From: a virus
Taxonomy: Duplodnaviria > Caudoviricetes
Strand: one strand, 5' to 3'
DNA: 32,062 nt
IMG/VR virus record: IMGVR_UViG_3300032219_001111
Coordinates: 1 to 32,062 of that record
Part shown: one piece after another, positions 7,939 through 15,800 of the stretch
Layout: every line of letters begins with the position of its first letter
Position numbering within the stretch: the stretch's first letter is position 1
Program-made: the position numbers and the translations under genes
The notes under the pieces: model-generated
What the model saw: only the letters and a program-made list of their open reading frames with translations
Databases searched by the model: none
Told to the model about the DNA's origin: nothing

Positions 7939-8030
7939 GTCCTTTACCTAACGCCCAATCAACGGATGAGGTGCCCATTGACTCCAAATAGGGCGATAGG
8001 TTTCGGCCATTGAGGCCTCATCAGAAGGAC
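7939..8030 (-). ncRNA. Type I hammerhead self-cleaving ribozyme
   Basis: GUCCUU-CUGAUGA-GGCC(UCAAU)GGCC-GAAA-CCUA...UAGG-UA^AAGGAC. All core nucleotides are present, with a 6-bp stem I, 4-bp stem II and extended stem III. Predicted cleavage is after GUA, between 7945 and 7944. Confidence 0.93.
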
Positions 8031-8035
8031 TGTCT

Positions 8036-8058
8036 GTACTTTAACATTGTTAAAGTAC
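8036..8058. promoter_or_regulatory. Perfect 23-bp palindrome, putative operator or parS-like site
   Basis: GTACTTTAACA-T-TGTTAAAGTAC, intergenic; each strand contains an extended -10-like TGnTAAAGT. Confidence 0.7.
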
Positions 8059-8060
8059 TC

Positions 8061-8088
8061 AAAAAGACCCCCTCACGAAGAGGGGGCT
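8061..8088 (-). terminator. Rho-independent terminator of the recombination operon
   Basis: CCCCCUC-UUCGU-GAGGGGG followed by UCUUUUU, just after the stop at 8107. Confidence 0.85.
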
Positions 8089-8106
8089 GAGATTTACTTA
8101 TCGCCA

Positions 8107-8400
8107 CTAGGATGAGGCCCGCGCATTCTGACATAGTTGTGGATTGTCCAGCAATGTCTTTATGGTGTCGTTGAGAACCGACAGCTCGGTCTTCTTGTAG
8201 ACAGACCAGATCCGCTTCTCGCCGTGGATCCCGTTATGAGATCCCTGGTGGCAGTCCCGACATAAAGGAATGCACAGGTACTGCTTTTGCTGCTCGATGT
8301 GATGAGCATCACTCGGTCCAGCAGCTCCGCAAACTCCACACGGCAAAGACTTAACCTTTTGCAGGTGGCGTCTTTCAGAAGGAGTGAGCTTGTTATTCAA
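8107..8400 (-). CDS. HNH-type Zn-binding nuclease (Ref/DUF968-like)
   Basis: LPCGVCG...DAHHI...IPLCRDCH...GIHG; the TTG at 8400 overlaps the upstream stop. Confidence 0.8.
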   Translation of the reverse strand: MNNKLTPSERRHLQKVKSLPCGVCGAAGPSDAHHIEQQKQYLCIPLCRDCHQGSHNGIHGEKRIWSVYKKTELSVLNDTIKTLLDNPQLCQNARASS

Positions 8401-8626
8401 CCAGCTTGCCCTCTGCCTCAATCATCTTGGTCAGTTCGCCAAAGGTGCGGCCGCCTTCCATCTGAACGGAGTAGAGAGAGGACAACAGAGTCCTCAGCTC
8501 CATCCTTTCCTCGCGGTCGTACGAGTTATCAATCCCGGTCTCTATGAGGTTGCGCATCATGCACAGCTGCTCATACGTAACCGGAAAGCTCAAGTCGTAC
8601 AGGGTGACGTCGACGTATCGGTCCAT
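8393..8626 (-). CDS. Hypothetical protein
   Basis: GGAG RBS; coupled within the operon. Confidence 0.65.
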   Translation of the reverse strand: MDRYVDVTLYDLSFPVTYEQLCMMRNLIETGIDNSYDREERMELRTLLSSLYSVQMEGGRTFGELTKMIEAEGKLVE

Positions 8627-8826
8627 TTCTCTCCCCTTCTAATCAGCGATGCCGCAGCCAGTGTGCTGTAGCCATTAAGGTAAGCCCGCTCGCACGCTTG
8701 AGCACATTGTTCTCTGGTGCTTGCACCAATCAGCTTAGCCAGGCTTTCCAGCTCCTCATCGGTAGCGCTAAACGCCAACGCCGGGATGGTCTGCTTGGCC
8801 CAATCACGAATCATTTGTGGATTCAC
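8590..8826 (-). CDS. Hypothetical protein (REQCAQACE motif)
   Basis: ERExCAxxC-like motif common in small phage proteins; overlaps its neighbours. Confidence 0.65.
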   Translation of the reverse strand: MNPQMIRDWAKQTIPALAFSATDEELESLAKLIGASTREQCAQACERAYLNGYSTLAAASLIRRGEKWTDTSTSPCTT

Positions 8827-9097
8827 TTCCTACCCCCAATCGTTTGTGCAGCAATGGGATTAAAAACTGGGCGTGGCAAAGATCAAACACTTGTGTATCG
8901 CCTGTTTTATAAACCTCTTCAATAGCCTGTAAACAACGCTTCAACAAAGCGGTATCGGCAGTAGCAATCAATTCTGCAAAGCGCTCCAAGAACCCGGCAA
9001 GCTCTTTCTCCGAGTAGTCCTGCAGGTATGGCAAACAACAATCACATTCAATCCCGCCAGCCTTGCGAGCCATAAGGACAATGTCATCACGGTTCAT
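8804..9097 (-). CDS. Hypothetical protein (MNRDDI..MARKAG...LERFA family)
   Basis: Recurrent small phage protein motif; ATGA overlap with the upstream stop. Confidence 0.7.
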   Translation of the reverse strand: MNRDDIVLMARKAGGIECDCCLPYLQDYSEKELAGFLERFAELIATADTALLKRCLQAIEEVYKTGDTQVFDLCHAQFLIPLLHKRLGVGSESTNDS

Positions 9098-9204
9098 TTG
9101 CGTTTCCTAATCGCTGTCCATACCAGCTGTGCAATAACAGCTGTGATAAAAAAACCGAACAACAGCAGAATCAAAATGAAAGCACCGCCAATTAGCTCTT
9201 GCAT
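9094..9204 (-). CDS. Small membrane protein (36 aa)
   Basis: MQELIGGAFILILLLFGFFITAVIAQLVWTAIRKRK*: one TM helix with a basic tail. Confidence 0.6.
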   Translation of the reverse strand: MQELIGGAFILILLLFGFFITAVIAQLVWTAIRKRK

Positions 9205-9305
9205 TCTTCAGCTCCATGAACTCTTTCATCTAGCCACATGACCAGCTCGCCGGAGATGCGCTGCATTTCCATGGCGTAACGCTTGGCCGCCTGTTCAAAC
9301 TTCAT
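9192..9305 (-). CDS. Small hypothetical protein (37 aa)
   Basis: MKFEQAAKRYAMEMQRISGELVMWLDERVHGAEECKS*; ATGA overlap and GGAG RBS. Confidence 0.5.
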   Translation of the reverse strand: MKFEQAAKRYAMEMQRISGELVMWLDERVHGAEECKS

Positions 9306-9547
9306 GACTGCTCCATCATGTTAAAAAGTTGCGCCTCAATGCTATCGATCTGCTGGGGCGTTAGCTGAACCTCTAGCCACTCGGCCCGCTGGCCGTCGAC
9401 AAACAGCGCCCAGTCACCGTAACCACCCTCTGCGGGATAACAATTCTCCGGTGCTCCGCTGATGTAGGCCGGACGGTAAGGCGTCCAGTTATACAACCGC
9501 ACGGTGCATTCCGTTTCAGCAACCTCAGTCTGGAGCTCGGCAATCAT
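9302..9547 (-). CDS. Hypothetical protein (SGAPENCYPAEGG motif)
   Basis: Recurrent phage motif; ATGA coupling at both ends. Confidence 0.75.
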   Translation of the reverse strand: MIAELQTEVAETECTVRLYNWTPYRPAYISGAPENCYPAEGGYGDWALFVDGQRAEWLEVQLTPQQIDSIEAQLFNMMEQS

Positions 9548-9825
9548 TTCATCTCCAGCTCTTTGATCCGCTCGGTCAGGATGGCGCCCAGGTCTTTGCC
9601 TTTCACGGCAACCATCTGAGCTTCCTCACATTCGTAGACAACCTTGGCCGCGTCGGTGATGCCCTTGTTGTAGGCAGACTTGTAGACGTCCTCGTTGTCC
9701 AACAACAAAGTGATGGCGTCACGGATCGTCGACGAAGCCTTGCGCACCTTGGCCAGATCCTTGAGTTTCTCGTGGTACTTCACCGGCAAATACAAACTGT
9801 AAGGGACTAGCTTTTTTGCTTCCAT
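9544..9825 (-). CDS. Probable ribbon-helix-helix DNA-binding protein
   Basis: VPYSLYLP-VKYHEKLKDLAK-...SSTIRDAI fits a strand-helix-helix pattern. Confidence 0.6.
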   Translation of the reverse strand: MEAKKLVPYSLYLPVKYHEKLKDLAKVRKASSTIRDAITLLLDNEDVYKSAYNKGITDAAKVVYECEEAQMVAVKGKDLGAILTERIKELEMK

Positions 9826-10220
9826 GCCAAGAATTCCTTGTGCAGTGAATCGAGTCGGATGCGCGCTTCCGCGTTGTCCTTGAGCTCGGCTCGGGATTGG
9901 ATTTCCAAGAAGTCTCGCAACCAGTCGGCCGCATCTTTTTCGGTAGCCGTAAAGATCTGACTGTCCTCATGCAGGAACTCCCAGAACTTGGGATCCCGGC
10001 ACAACATGCCAGCAGTCTTAACGGCTTTGTCCGACTCAAACTCCTCTTGGGGGTCAGCGTTATGGTCAAGGCGCACCATGACAACCTGGTACACAGCCCC
10101 GACATAGGACCGGAGTAGATCCTCCGGTACCTCGTCAGGGTGAATGCAAAGCGTCAGGATGTAGCCGTTCTTGTCCTGCTTGAACGCAACCTTGACCGCC
10201 TCGAATTGCAGCGTCTTCAT
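9807..10220 (-). CDS. Conserved hypothetical phage protein
   Basis: 137 aa; AGMLCRDPKFWEFL...IQSRAEL motif; TGATG coupling. Confidence 0.8.
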   Translation of the reverse strand: MKTLQFEAVKVAFKQDKNGYILTLCIHPDEVPEDLLRSYVGAVYQVVMVRLDHNADPQEEFESDKAVKTAGMLCRDPKFWEFLHEDSQIFTATEKDAADWLRDFLEIQSRAELKDNAEARIRLDSLHKEFLAWKQKS

Positions 10221-10501
10221 CAGAAGGGAACGTCGGACTCGTCAACCGATGACGAATGTTTCGTCTCTTCCGGCTTGACGTACGGCTCGGAGACCTGAAG
10301 GGACAGACACTCCTTGCCGGCAAGAACCTTGTTCCAACCCGCCACCTGGATCTTGACTAGGTCATCGCCTGTCTTGCGCAGCAGCCCTTCAAGGAATGCC
10401 CGGTCTAGAAACACATCACCGCGCACGTCGGGATGGTTCTGGCTGACCTTACGGTTGGGCCACAGGGTGCCGGTGTTTGGGCGGGGGACATAATTGCTCA
10501 T
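10220..10501 (-). CDS. Putative single-stranded DNA-binding protein (DUF736-like)
   Basis: NTGTLWPN...HPDVRG...AGW...LSLQV with the acidic tail DESDVPF; adjacent to ERF. Confidence 0.75.
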   Translation of the reverse strand: MSNYVPRPNTGTLWPNRKVSQNHPDVRGDVFLDRAFLEGLLRKTGDDLVKIQVAGWNKVLAGKECLSLQVSEPYVKPEETKHSSSVDESDVPF

Positions 10502-11185
10502 TTAATTCCCTTTCAACTTATTCTTGGTTTCGGTGAACTTGGTCATCAGGTCCTTGAAGTAATCAGGATCTGCTGCCTTGATCGAGTCAAACAGCTGCTT
10601 GTTCTTCTTGAAGATCTGCATGACGTCGTCTTCTTTGTTAGCCATAGCGAGCCCGGCCAACACGGCATCATTCACAACAACTAGCCACTCATCAACACTT
10701 CCCTCCGGAGTCAGGGTGGTCTTGATCGACCAATCCCCAGAGCTCTCAATCTCAGCGGGAGGGCGCGGCTTCTCTACCTTTTCTACAGGCTTGGCTACGG
10801 GTTTGGACTCCGGCCTAGGAGAAGCATCAATGACGTCGTTCTCGGTGATCTCCATGGCGTTGATCCACAGATAGCGCCGCTGGTAAGACTCGGCTGCACC
10901 CAGGTTTTGAATAGGATGAGCGCCCTTGAGACTGGCGTCAGCCATCGGGCTGCGGATAACAATCACCGTGCCATCCTCCACGTCGGTGATGGTCATGGTC
11001 GCGTACTCAGTATCAAACGAGATCACGCTGCAGATGCCCAACTCATTGAAGATCTGCATGGTCTGCGGGATAAAGTCGCCGAGCTCAAAGTATCGGTAGC
11101 CAGCAAACTTGTTCTCGCCAGACTTCTTCAACTCCATGCTGTGCAGCTTGACGCGGGCTTCCATCAGCTTCTTGTGAACACTCAT
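10502..11185 (-). CDS. erf: ERF-family single-strand annealing protein
   Basis: KSGENKFAGYRYFELGD and QNLGAAESYQRRY ERF signatures; start at the ATGA overlap. Confidence 0.88.
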   Translation of the reverse strand: MSVHKKLMEARVKLHSMELKKSGENKFAGYRYFELGDFIPQTMQIFNELGICSVISFDTEYATMTITDVEDGTVIVIRSPMADASLKGAHPIQNLGAAESYQRRYLWINAMEITENDVIDASPRPESKPVAKPVEKVEKPRPPAEIESSGDWSIKTTLTPEGSVDEWLVVVNDAVLAGLAMANKEDDVMQIFKKNKQLFDSIKAADPDYFKDLMTKFTETKNKLKGN

Positions 11186-11541
11186 GCTGTCCATCCTTTC
11201 GGCTTGTATTTACGGGGCTCGCCGTTCTTCTTAAAGCCAAACGGCGCAGCTTTGGTCGGGGTCTTCTTGACGTACTTGCGCCTGGCCTCTTTATTGACAG
11301 GAGCTACAGGAGCTTCTACGGGAACGGTGATCTCGACTAACTTTGTTAGGGTGTGCAGAGCCTTTCTAAGATCTTCGTTAGATCCCTTGCTGCGCTCCCT
11401 TGCGAGATACACAAGGGCGTTCCCTTTCATCCAGCCCCGATACTCCTCTTCGGTCATCCAGTGCCGCAGCACATCCCAAGGTTGGAACTGGCCCATATCC
11501 TTGTAGTGGCTGCCACCGATCTGAATATCATTCGCGCTCAT
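11182..11541 (-). CDS. DUF3310 (SaV-like/T7 gp1.7-like) protein
   Basis: QIGGSHY...GNALVYLAR...K...EDLRKA signature. Confidence 0.85.
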   Translation of the reverse strand: MSANDIQIGGSHYKDMGQFQPWDVLRHWMTEEEYRGWMKGNALVYLARERSKGSNEDLRKALHTLTKLVEITVPVEAPVAPVNKEARRKYVKKTPTKAAPFGFKKNGEPRKYKPKGWTA

Positions 11542-12422
11542 TCGCTCTCCTTCCAGCCTTGCTGGTAATCACGCCATTGCTGGCACCATGTGTTGACCGA
11601 GCAGAAGTTTGCGCAGCGCGTGCGCTCACCCAGCCTGGTCTCCACTTCGTATTCACTGCCCAACTGCATGGCGATGACATTCGCCTCTGGCTCGTTGTCG
11701 TGCAGTGACTTGGCGCGGACTGCGCCTTTCTTCTTCACCGCATACACGGTGGGCTTCTCCCACATCTCCTCAGGAGTGCAGGGAGGCAGAAGCTGTTCAG
11801 CCTCAAGGGCAAACTCGCATGCCGAGTGAAGCGAGATACGGTCACGGACAAACTTATCGCGCTCCGCATAGCTCCACAGATTGATGGGAATCTCCTTGAT
11901 AGGGGCGGTAGGATAACCTTCCCGAGTAGCCGCATCTCTACGGCTCCAGTCCCGAATGATGGCCACGATGCCAAGATCCTTGACCGGCTTCTCCTTGACC
12001 GTCTCAACCAGCCACGCGTAGATATTGAGTTGCTGCTCCCATTCGACCTTTTCGTTCATCACCGACCATGCCGAGGTGGTCTTGTAGTCACGAATGGAGA
12101 TGCCATCCTCGTTGAGGATCTGAAGGTCGATAGCCCCTGAGATTTTCCAGCCGTCGACCTGGGTGTGCAGCCGTTCCTCGATCAGATGGTTGTCATCGGC
12201 GCCGTGCTCTAAGACCTTGTGGATAGCTGAGCCGAAGATCGACCACACCATGTCCGACACGTCTTGCTCGATGTCATCGGCAAACTTATTGGTCAGGGCA
12301 ACGATCTTGGGGCTGTTGATCAACTGGGTAACAGACAGATGGGCAGCGCCCTTGCTGTACGTAGGACGCTCCAGGATGTTGATGAACGTCTGCGGGATGT
12401 TGTGCTTGTTGGTGAGTTTCAT
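11538..12422 (-). CDS. Cas4-like/PD-(D/E)XK exonuclease
   Basis: SVTQL, GSAIH, ISGAID, DYKTT, QLNIY and a C-terminal Cys cluster RCANFCSVNTWCQQ; AGGAG RBS. Confidence 0.88.
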   Translation of the reverse strand: MKLTNKHNIPQTFINILERPTYSKGAAHLSVTQLINSPKIVALTNKFADDIEQDVSDMVWSIFGSAIHKVLEHGADDNHLIEERLHTQVDGWKISGAIDLQILNEDGISIRDYKTTSAWSVMNEKVEWEQQLNIYAWLVETVKEKPVKDLGIVAIIRDWSRRDAATREGYPTAPIKEIPINLWSYAERDKFVRDRISLHSACEFALEAEQLLPPCTPEEMWEKPTVYAVKKKGAVRAKSLHDNEPEANVIAMQLGSEYEVETRLGERTRCANFCSVNTWCQQWRDYQQGWKESE

Positions 12423-12446
12423 TGTTGGCTCCTAGTGGTTGGGGGT

Positions 12447-12475
12447 ATTCTTATACCTACCTAAGTGCATGTCAA
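12447..12475 (-). promoter_or_regulatory. Sigma70-type promoter of the recombination operon
   Basis: TTGACA (12475-12470), 17-bp spacer, AAGAAT (12452-12447), in the divergent gap. Confidence 0.6.
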
Positions 12476-12509
12476 TAGGTGCATGCCAACTATTCCATGT
12501 GTGGTGTAT

Positions 12510-12854
12510 ATGCAGCATATCCAACTGCTCTTGCCCTGGCCGCCTTCGGTCAATCACTACTGGGGGCAATCAGGAAAAAGTCGTTTCATATCAAAGCGCG
12601 GGCAGCAATTTCGTGCGTCAGTGATAGAAGAGTGCAAAGGTGTTATGGCGCTGGAGGGAAGGCTAGCCGTGCACATCACTCTCTTCCCGCCTGATCGCAG
12701 GAAGAGGGATGTCGATAACATTTTGAAAGCCCTGCTGGATGCCTGCGAGCACGCCGGATGCTATGAGTCCGACAGTCAGATAGATGAGCTACACATTGTT
12801 CGGCGAGAGGTTAAGAAGGGTGGCGTGTGCACCATTTTGATACACACGCTCTGA
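12510..12854 (+). CDS. rusA: RusA Holliday junction resolvase
   Basis: LPWPPSVNHYW...PPDRRKRDVDNILKALLDAC...DSQI; likely start is ATG 12510. Confidence 0.92.
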   Translation: MQHIQLLLPWPPSVNHYWGQSGKSRFISKRGQQFRASVIEECKGVMALEGRLAVHITLFPPDRRKRDVDNILKALLDACEHAGCYESDSQIDELHIVRREVKKGGVCTILIHTL

Positions 12855-12857
12855 GCA

Positions 12858-12874
12858 CTATAACAATGTTATAG
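12858..12874. promoter_or_regulatory. 17-bp palindrome related to the one at 8036-8058
   Basis: CTATAACA-A-TGTTATAG shares the core TAACAWTGTTA; it lies between convergent genes. Confidence 0.6.
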
Positions 12875-15800
12875 ACCGGCTTCTTTCCGCATCTCTCGGA
12901 TGTCGTCGACCAGTTCCATCTTCTCGCGTTGGAGATCAGTGATTTCCTTGCGCCGCTGCTCGGGCGTCATGTCTAGATCCTTGGCAGTGCCTAGCTCACG
13001 GATTTCTGAGTTGATCTGACCCAAAGCGTCATTGAACTTGTTGACGTCGCGGTACATGTCTAGCAAGTCTGAGTTCTTCTCTTCGTAAGCATCAGCAGCC
13101 TTGATATCACCACGATCCATCAAGGTCTTCCACGTCTGATACTTCTCATCGACGCGCTGCTTGAGGTCGTAGAACAGATCCTCGTTAGCACGGCCAACCT
13201 CAGGTCTGATGAACCGCCCAACCACCGGAGTTTCGCGGCCAGTCAATTCAGGACGATCGCCGTTGTGTTCGCCAATAGCGTTGGAGATCCACTGAGCGGT
13301 GAAGCCTACAGAGCCAAACAAACCACGAATTAGATGGTCCGCCTCGATGGGGCTCAAGACGCGCTTGCCATCAGTGCCAGGGATTTCGGTGTAAGAACTA
13401 ATCCCCTTTGCCAGCTCTGACGTAGAGGCATCCCACTGTTCAAAGCCTTCAACGCGCTTAAGGTTTTCAGGAATAAGGCCGCGCCCAGTAAAGAAGTTAT
13501 GGTCCATGACCACTTCCATAACCGGACGCACACCGGCCGGGATTGGCTCAGGACCAAGCAGCATGTCCTTGGCCGCTTGAGACAAAGCCTTCTTCAAGCG
13601 GGTACGGTCAACCTCGTTCTTGGTGCCTTCGTTGATGATCGTGTTGTAGAGCATCTCGGGTACGGCTTTCCAGATATAGGCGGCCGAGGTGTTCATGGGA
13701 AGCTTAATCTTGGTGCCCGGCACGATGATGTTCCGCATCTTCGTCTGGTCATCAAGCTCTTCGTAATCAGGATCTCCGCCAACCAACATGCAGTACAGCA
13801 ACGTCAGGCTAGATAGCATGGCCGTTGTAATGGCCAACCTTTGCATGGCCTTAGCGCGGCTCATGCCCTTGAGGTTTCCGCCAATCAAAGCATTAGCCAG
13901 CACATCTGTTGCGTTGGCGTACGCGCTCATAAACGGAACAGTCTTGAACAAAGCCTGGGCGTAACCAGCAGACCCACGGTGCAAGAAGTTGATGACGTTG
14001 GCCGCCTGATACACGGCCTGCATCTCATCACCGGTTTCTGCAAGAACACGCTTGTACACAGCCACGCGCTGAGCCATATCGGCAGAGTCGCCAATGTGGT
14101 CAAGCATCTGAATCATGGCCGAGTAAGTATTGCGGTTCATCACCCCGATGCGACGCTTAACCGTTTCTTCTGATGTACGAGATGGACTATGGAATCCACC
14201 AATACCGGCAGCTCTAAGGATGTTGATTGTGGGCTCAATATCAACACCAGCAGCTTTGCCGGCAGGCTGAACCAAAGAGGTAACCAAGCCCTTCAACACC
14301 CCGCCAATTAACTTGTCGGGTCGCTTAACGCCGGTAACCATGGCTGCCGTTGGGGCGTCCTTCAAAACCTGTTCAATCTGGAACGCGCCCGACAAAGTGA
14401 TAGACCGGCGAACAAAGTTAGAGACCATGGCCAGTGGCTTCCACATCTCTAGGTCTAGGTTCTCCATGCCATAGATAGATGCGGCAACCAAAGGATCACT
14501 GATTTCCACCACAACCTTTTGCCCATCAATGATGAAGTTAAAGCGGTTCTTTGCTTTGTCCACCTTGGGGAAGGTCATCAACTTGCCATCAGGCGCGCGC
14601 GTGCCGTATTCATAAACAATCCGTGCAGCCGCGTAGTGGCGGATGGCGTTCATGCTCATGCGCATGACGTTCTGCGTCATGTTCTCAATGATGTTGTTGA
14701 TCGGTCGGGTGACCTTAAACACCACCAATGAGCCTTCTTCAATCGGCTGATCGATACGCACCTTGCCGTCTTCAGTAACCGAAAGAAGATCTGTGGGCAC
14801 CTTCTTGCCATCAACCTCAACGCGCAGCACCGTCGAGGCAGGAACCTCAAAAGTGTTCTGACCTTCTTTGGCCTTGAAGTCCAGGACGTCAGTAGGTGCA
14901 CCGCGTTTAAACAGTTTCTCCCGACCAATGTTGGCCAGGTTGCGAGTCGTCGACTGAAGCGGCGTGTGCGGATCTTCACCGTCTTCCATCAAACGCTGCC
15001 AGGGCACATAGTCCTTGATGTTTGACAAGGAGTTATAGCGCTCTTCTGAAAGAAGGCCAACGTCACGCCAGACCCTAAGCAAGTTTTGATTAACGGCGTT
15101 GAAGTTCTGCATGATCTCGCGCAGCTCTGGATGGCGCTTATCCAAAGCAGCAAAGTCGCGCATCTCTTGCTCCGACATCAACACGGATGATGATGCTTTC
15201 TGCACAGCATTCAAGCTGTTTTGAGCATCTGCTACCAAGTCCTTGGCGTCTTGGATTTCTTTTTCGCTTGCACCTTCATTGACAGCGCGCTCGAGATCTT
15301 CCTTGGCGCCCTCGTAAACATCCTGGCGATCGTAGAGCTCGTTCATGATGCTGATAGAACGCTTGGCCTCCAGATAACCATTGATAAGGTTAGTGGCCTT
15401 CTGGGCGCCGAGGCGGTCCTTCATGCGTTTTTCTGCTTCGTACACGCCACGCATACCAAGCTTGCGGTCAACGGCAACAAAACGATTAAACCTGGGGTCG
15501 TACGCCAAACCGCCCTGGAAGATAACTTGGATACCAATGTTGGCGCTGTGGATTGCGTTATCCAAAGCAACCGAGGCGACCGCTAGACCCTCGCTTGTAC
15601 GTAGCTGGCCGCCATAGCGATTGAAGTCGCGCGACTCCAAGCCGGCACCAAACCATACGTTCTTCATCCGGGCTGAGATCGCGGCATCAAATGCTGAATC
15701 ACCCGTATCTTTCGCAGCTTCTACCGGATCGTTGACGAAGTCTTTGAACAGCTGTTTGCCGTTCTTCCACTGGTCCAGAAGGAACGTGCCAAGCGGTTTG

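Noticed and set aside
7451-8106. Retron ncRNA, group I/II intron or tRNA as the identity of the RNA cluster
   Set aside because: There is no reverse transcriptase in the window, no group II domain V or group I core, no interrupted gene, and no cloverleaf with a T-loop.
10218-10228. The 11-mer tcatcagaagg, identical to the hammerhead core region at 8018-8028
   Set aside because: It is the PF-stop/Met (TGATG) gene junction and has no stem II plus GAAA in register, so it is likely coincidence.
11538-12422. Cas4-like nuclease as a sign of CRISPR-Cas
   Set aside because: I saw no repeat-spacer array or other cas genes; the ERF/SSB context indicates a recombination exonuclease.
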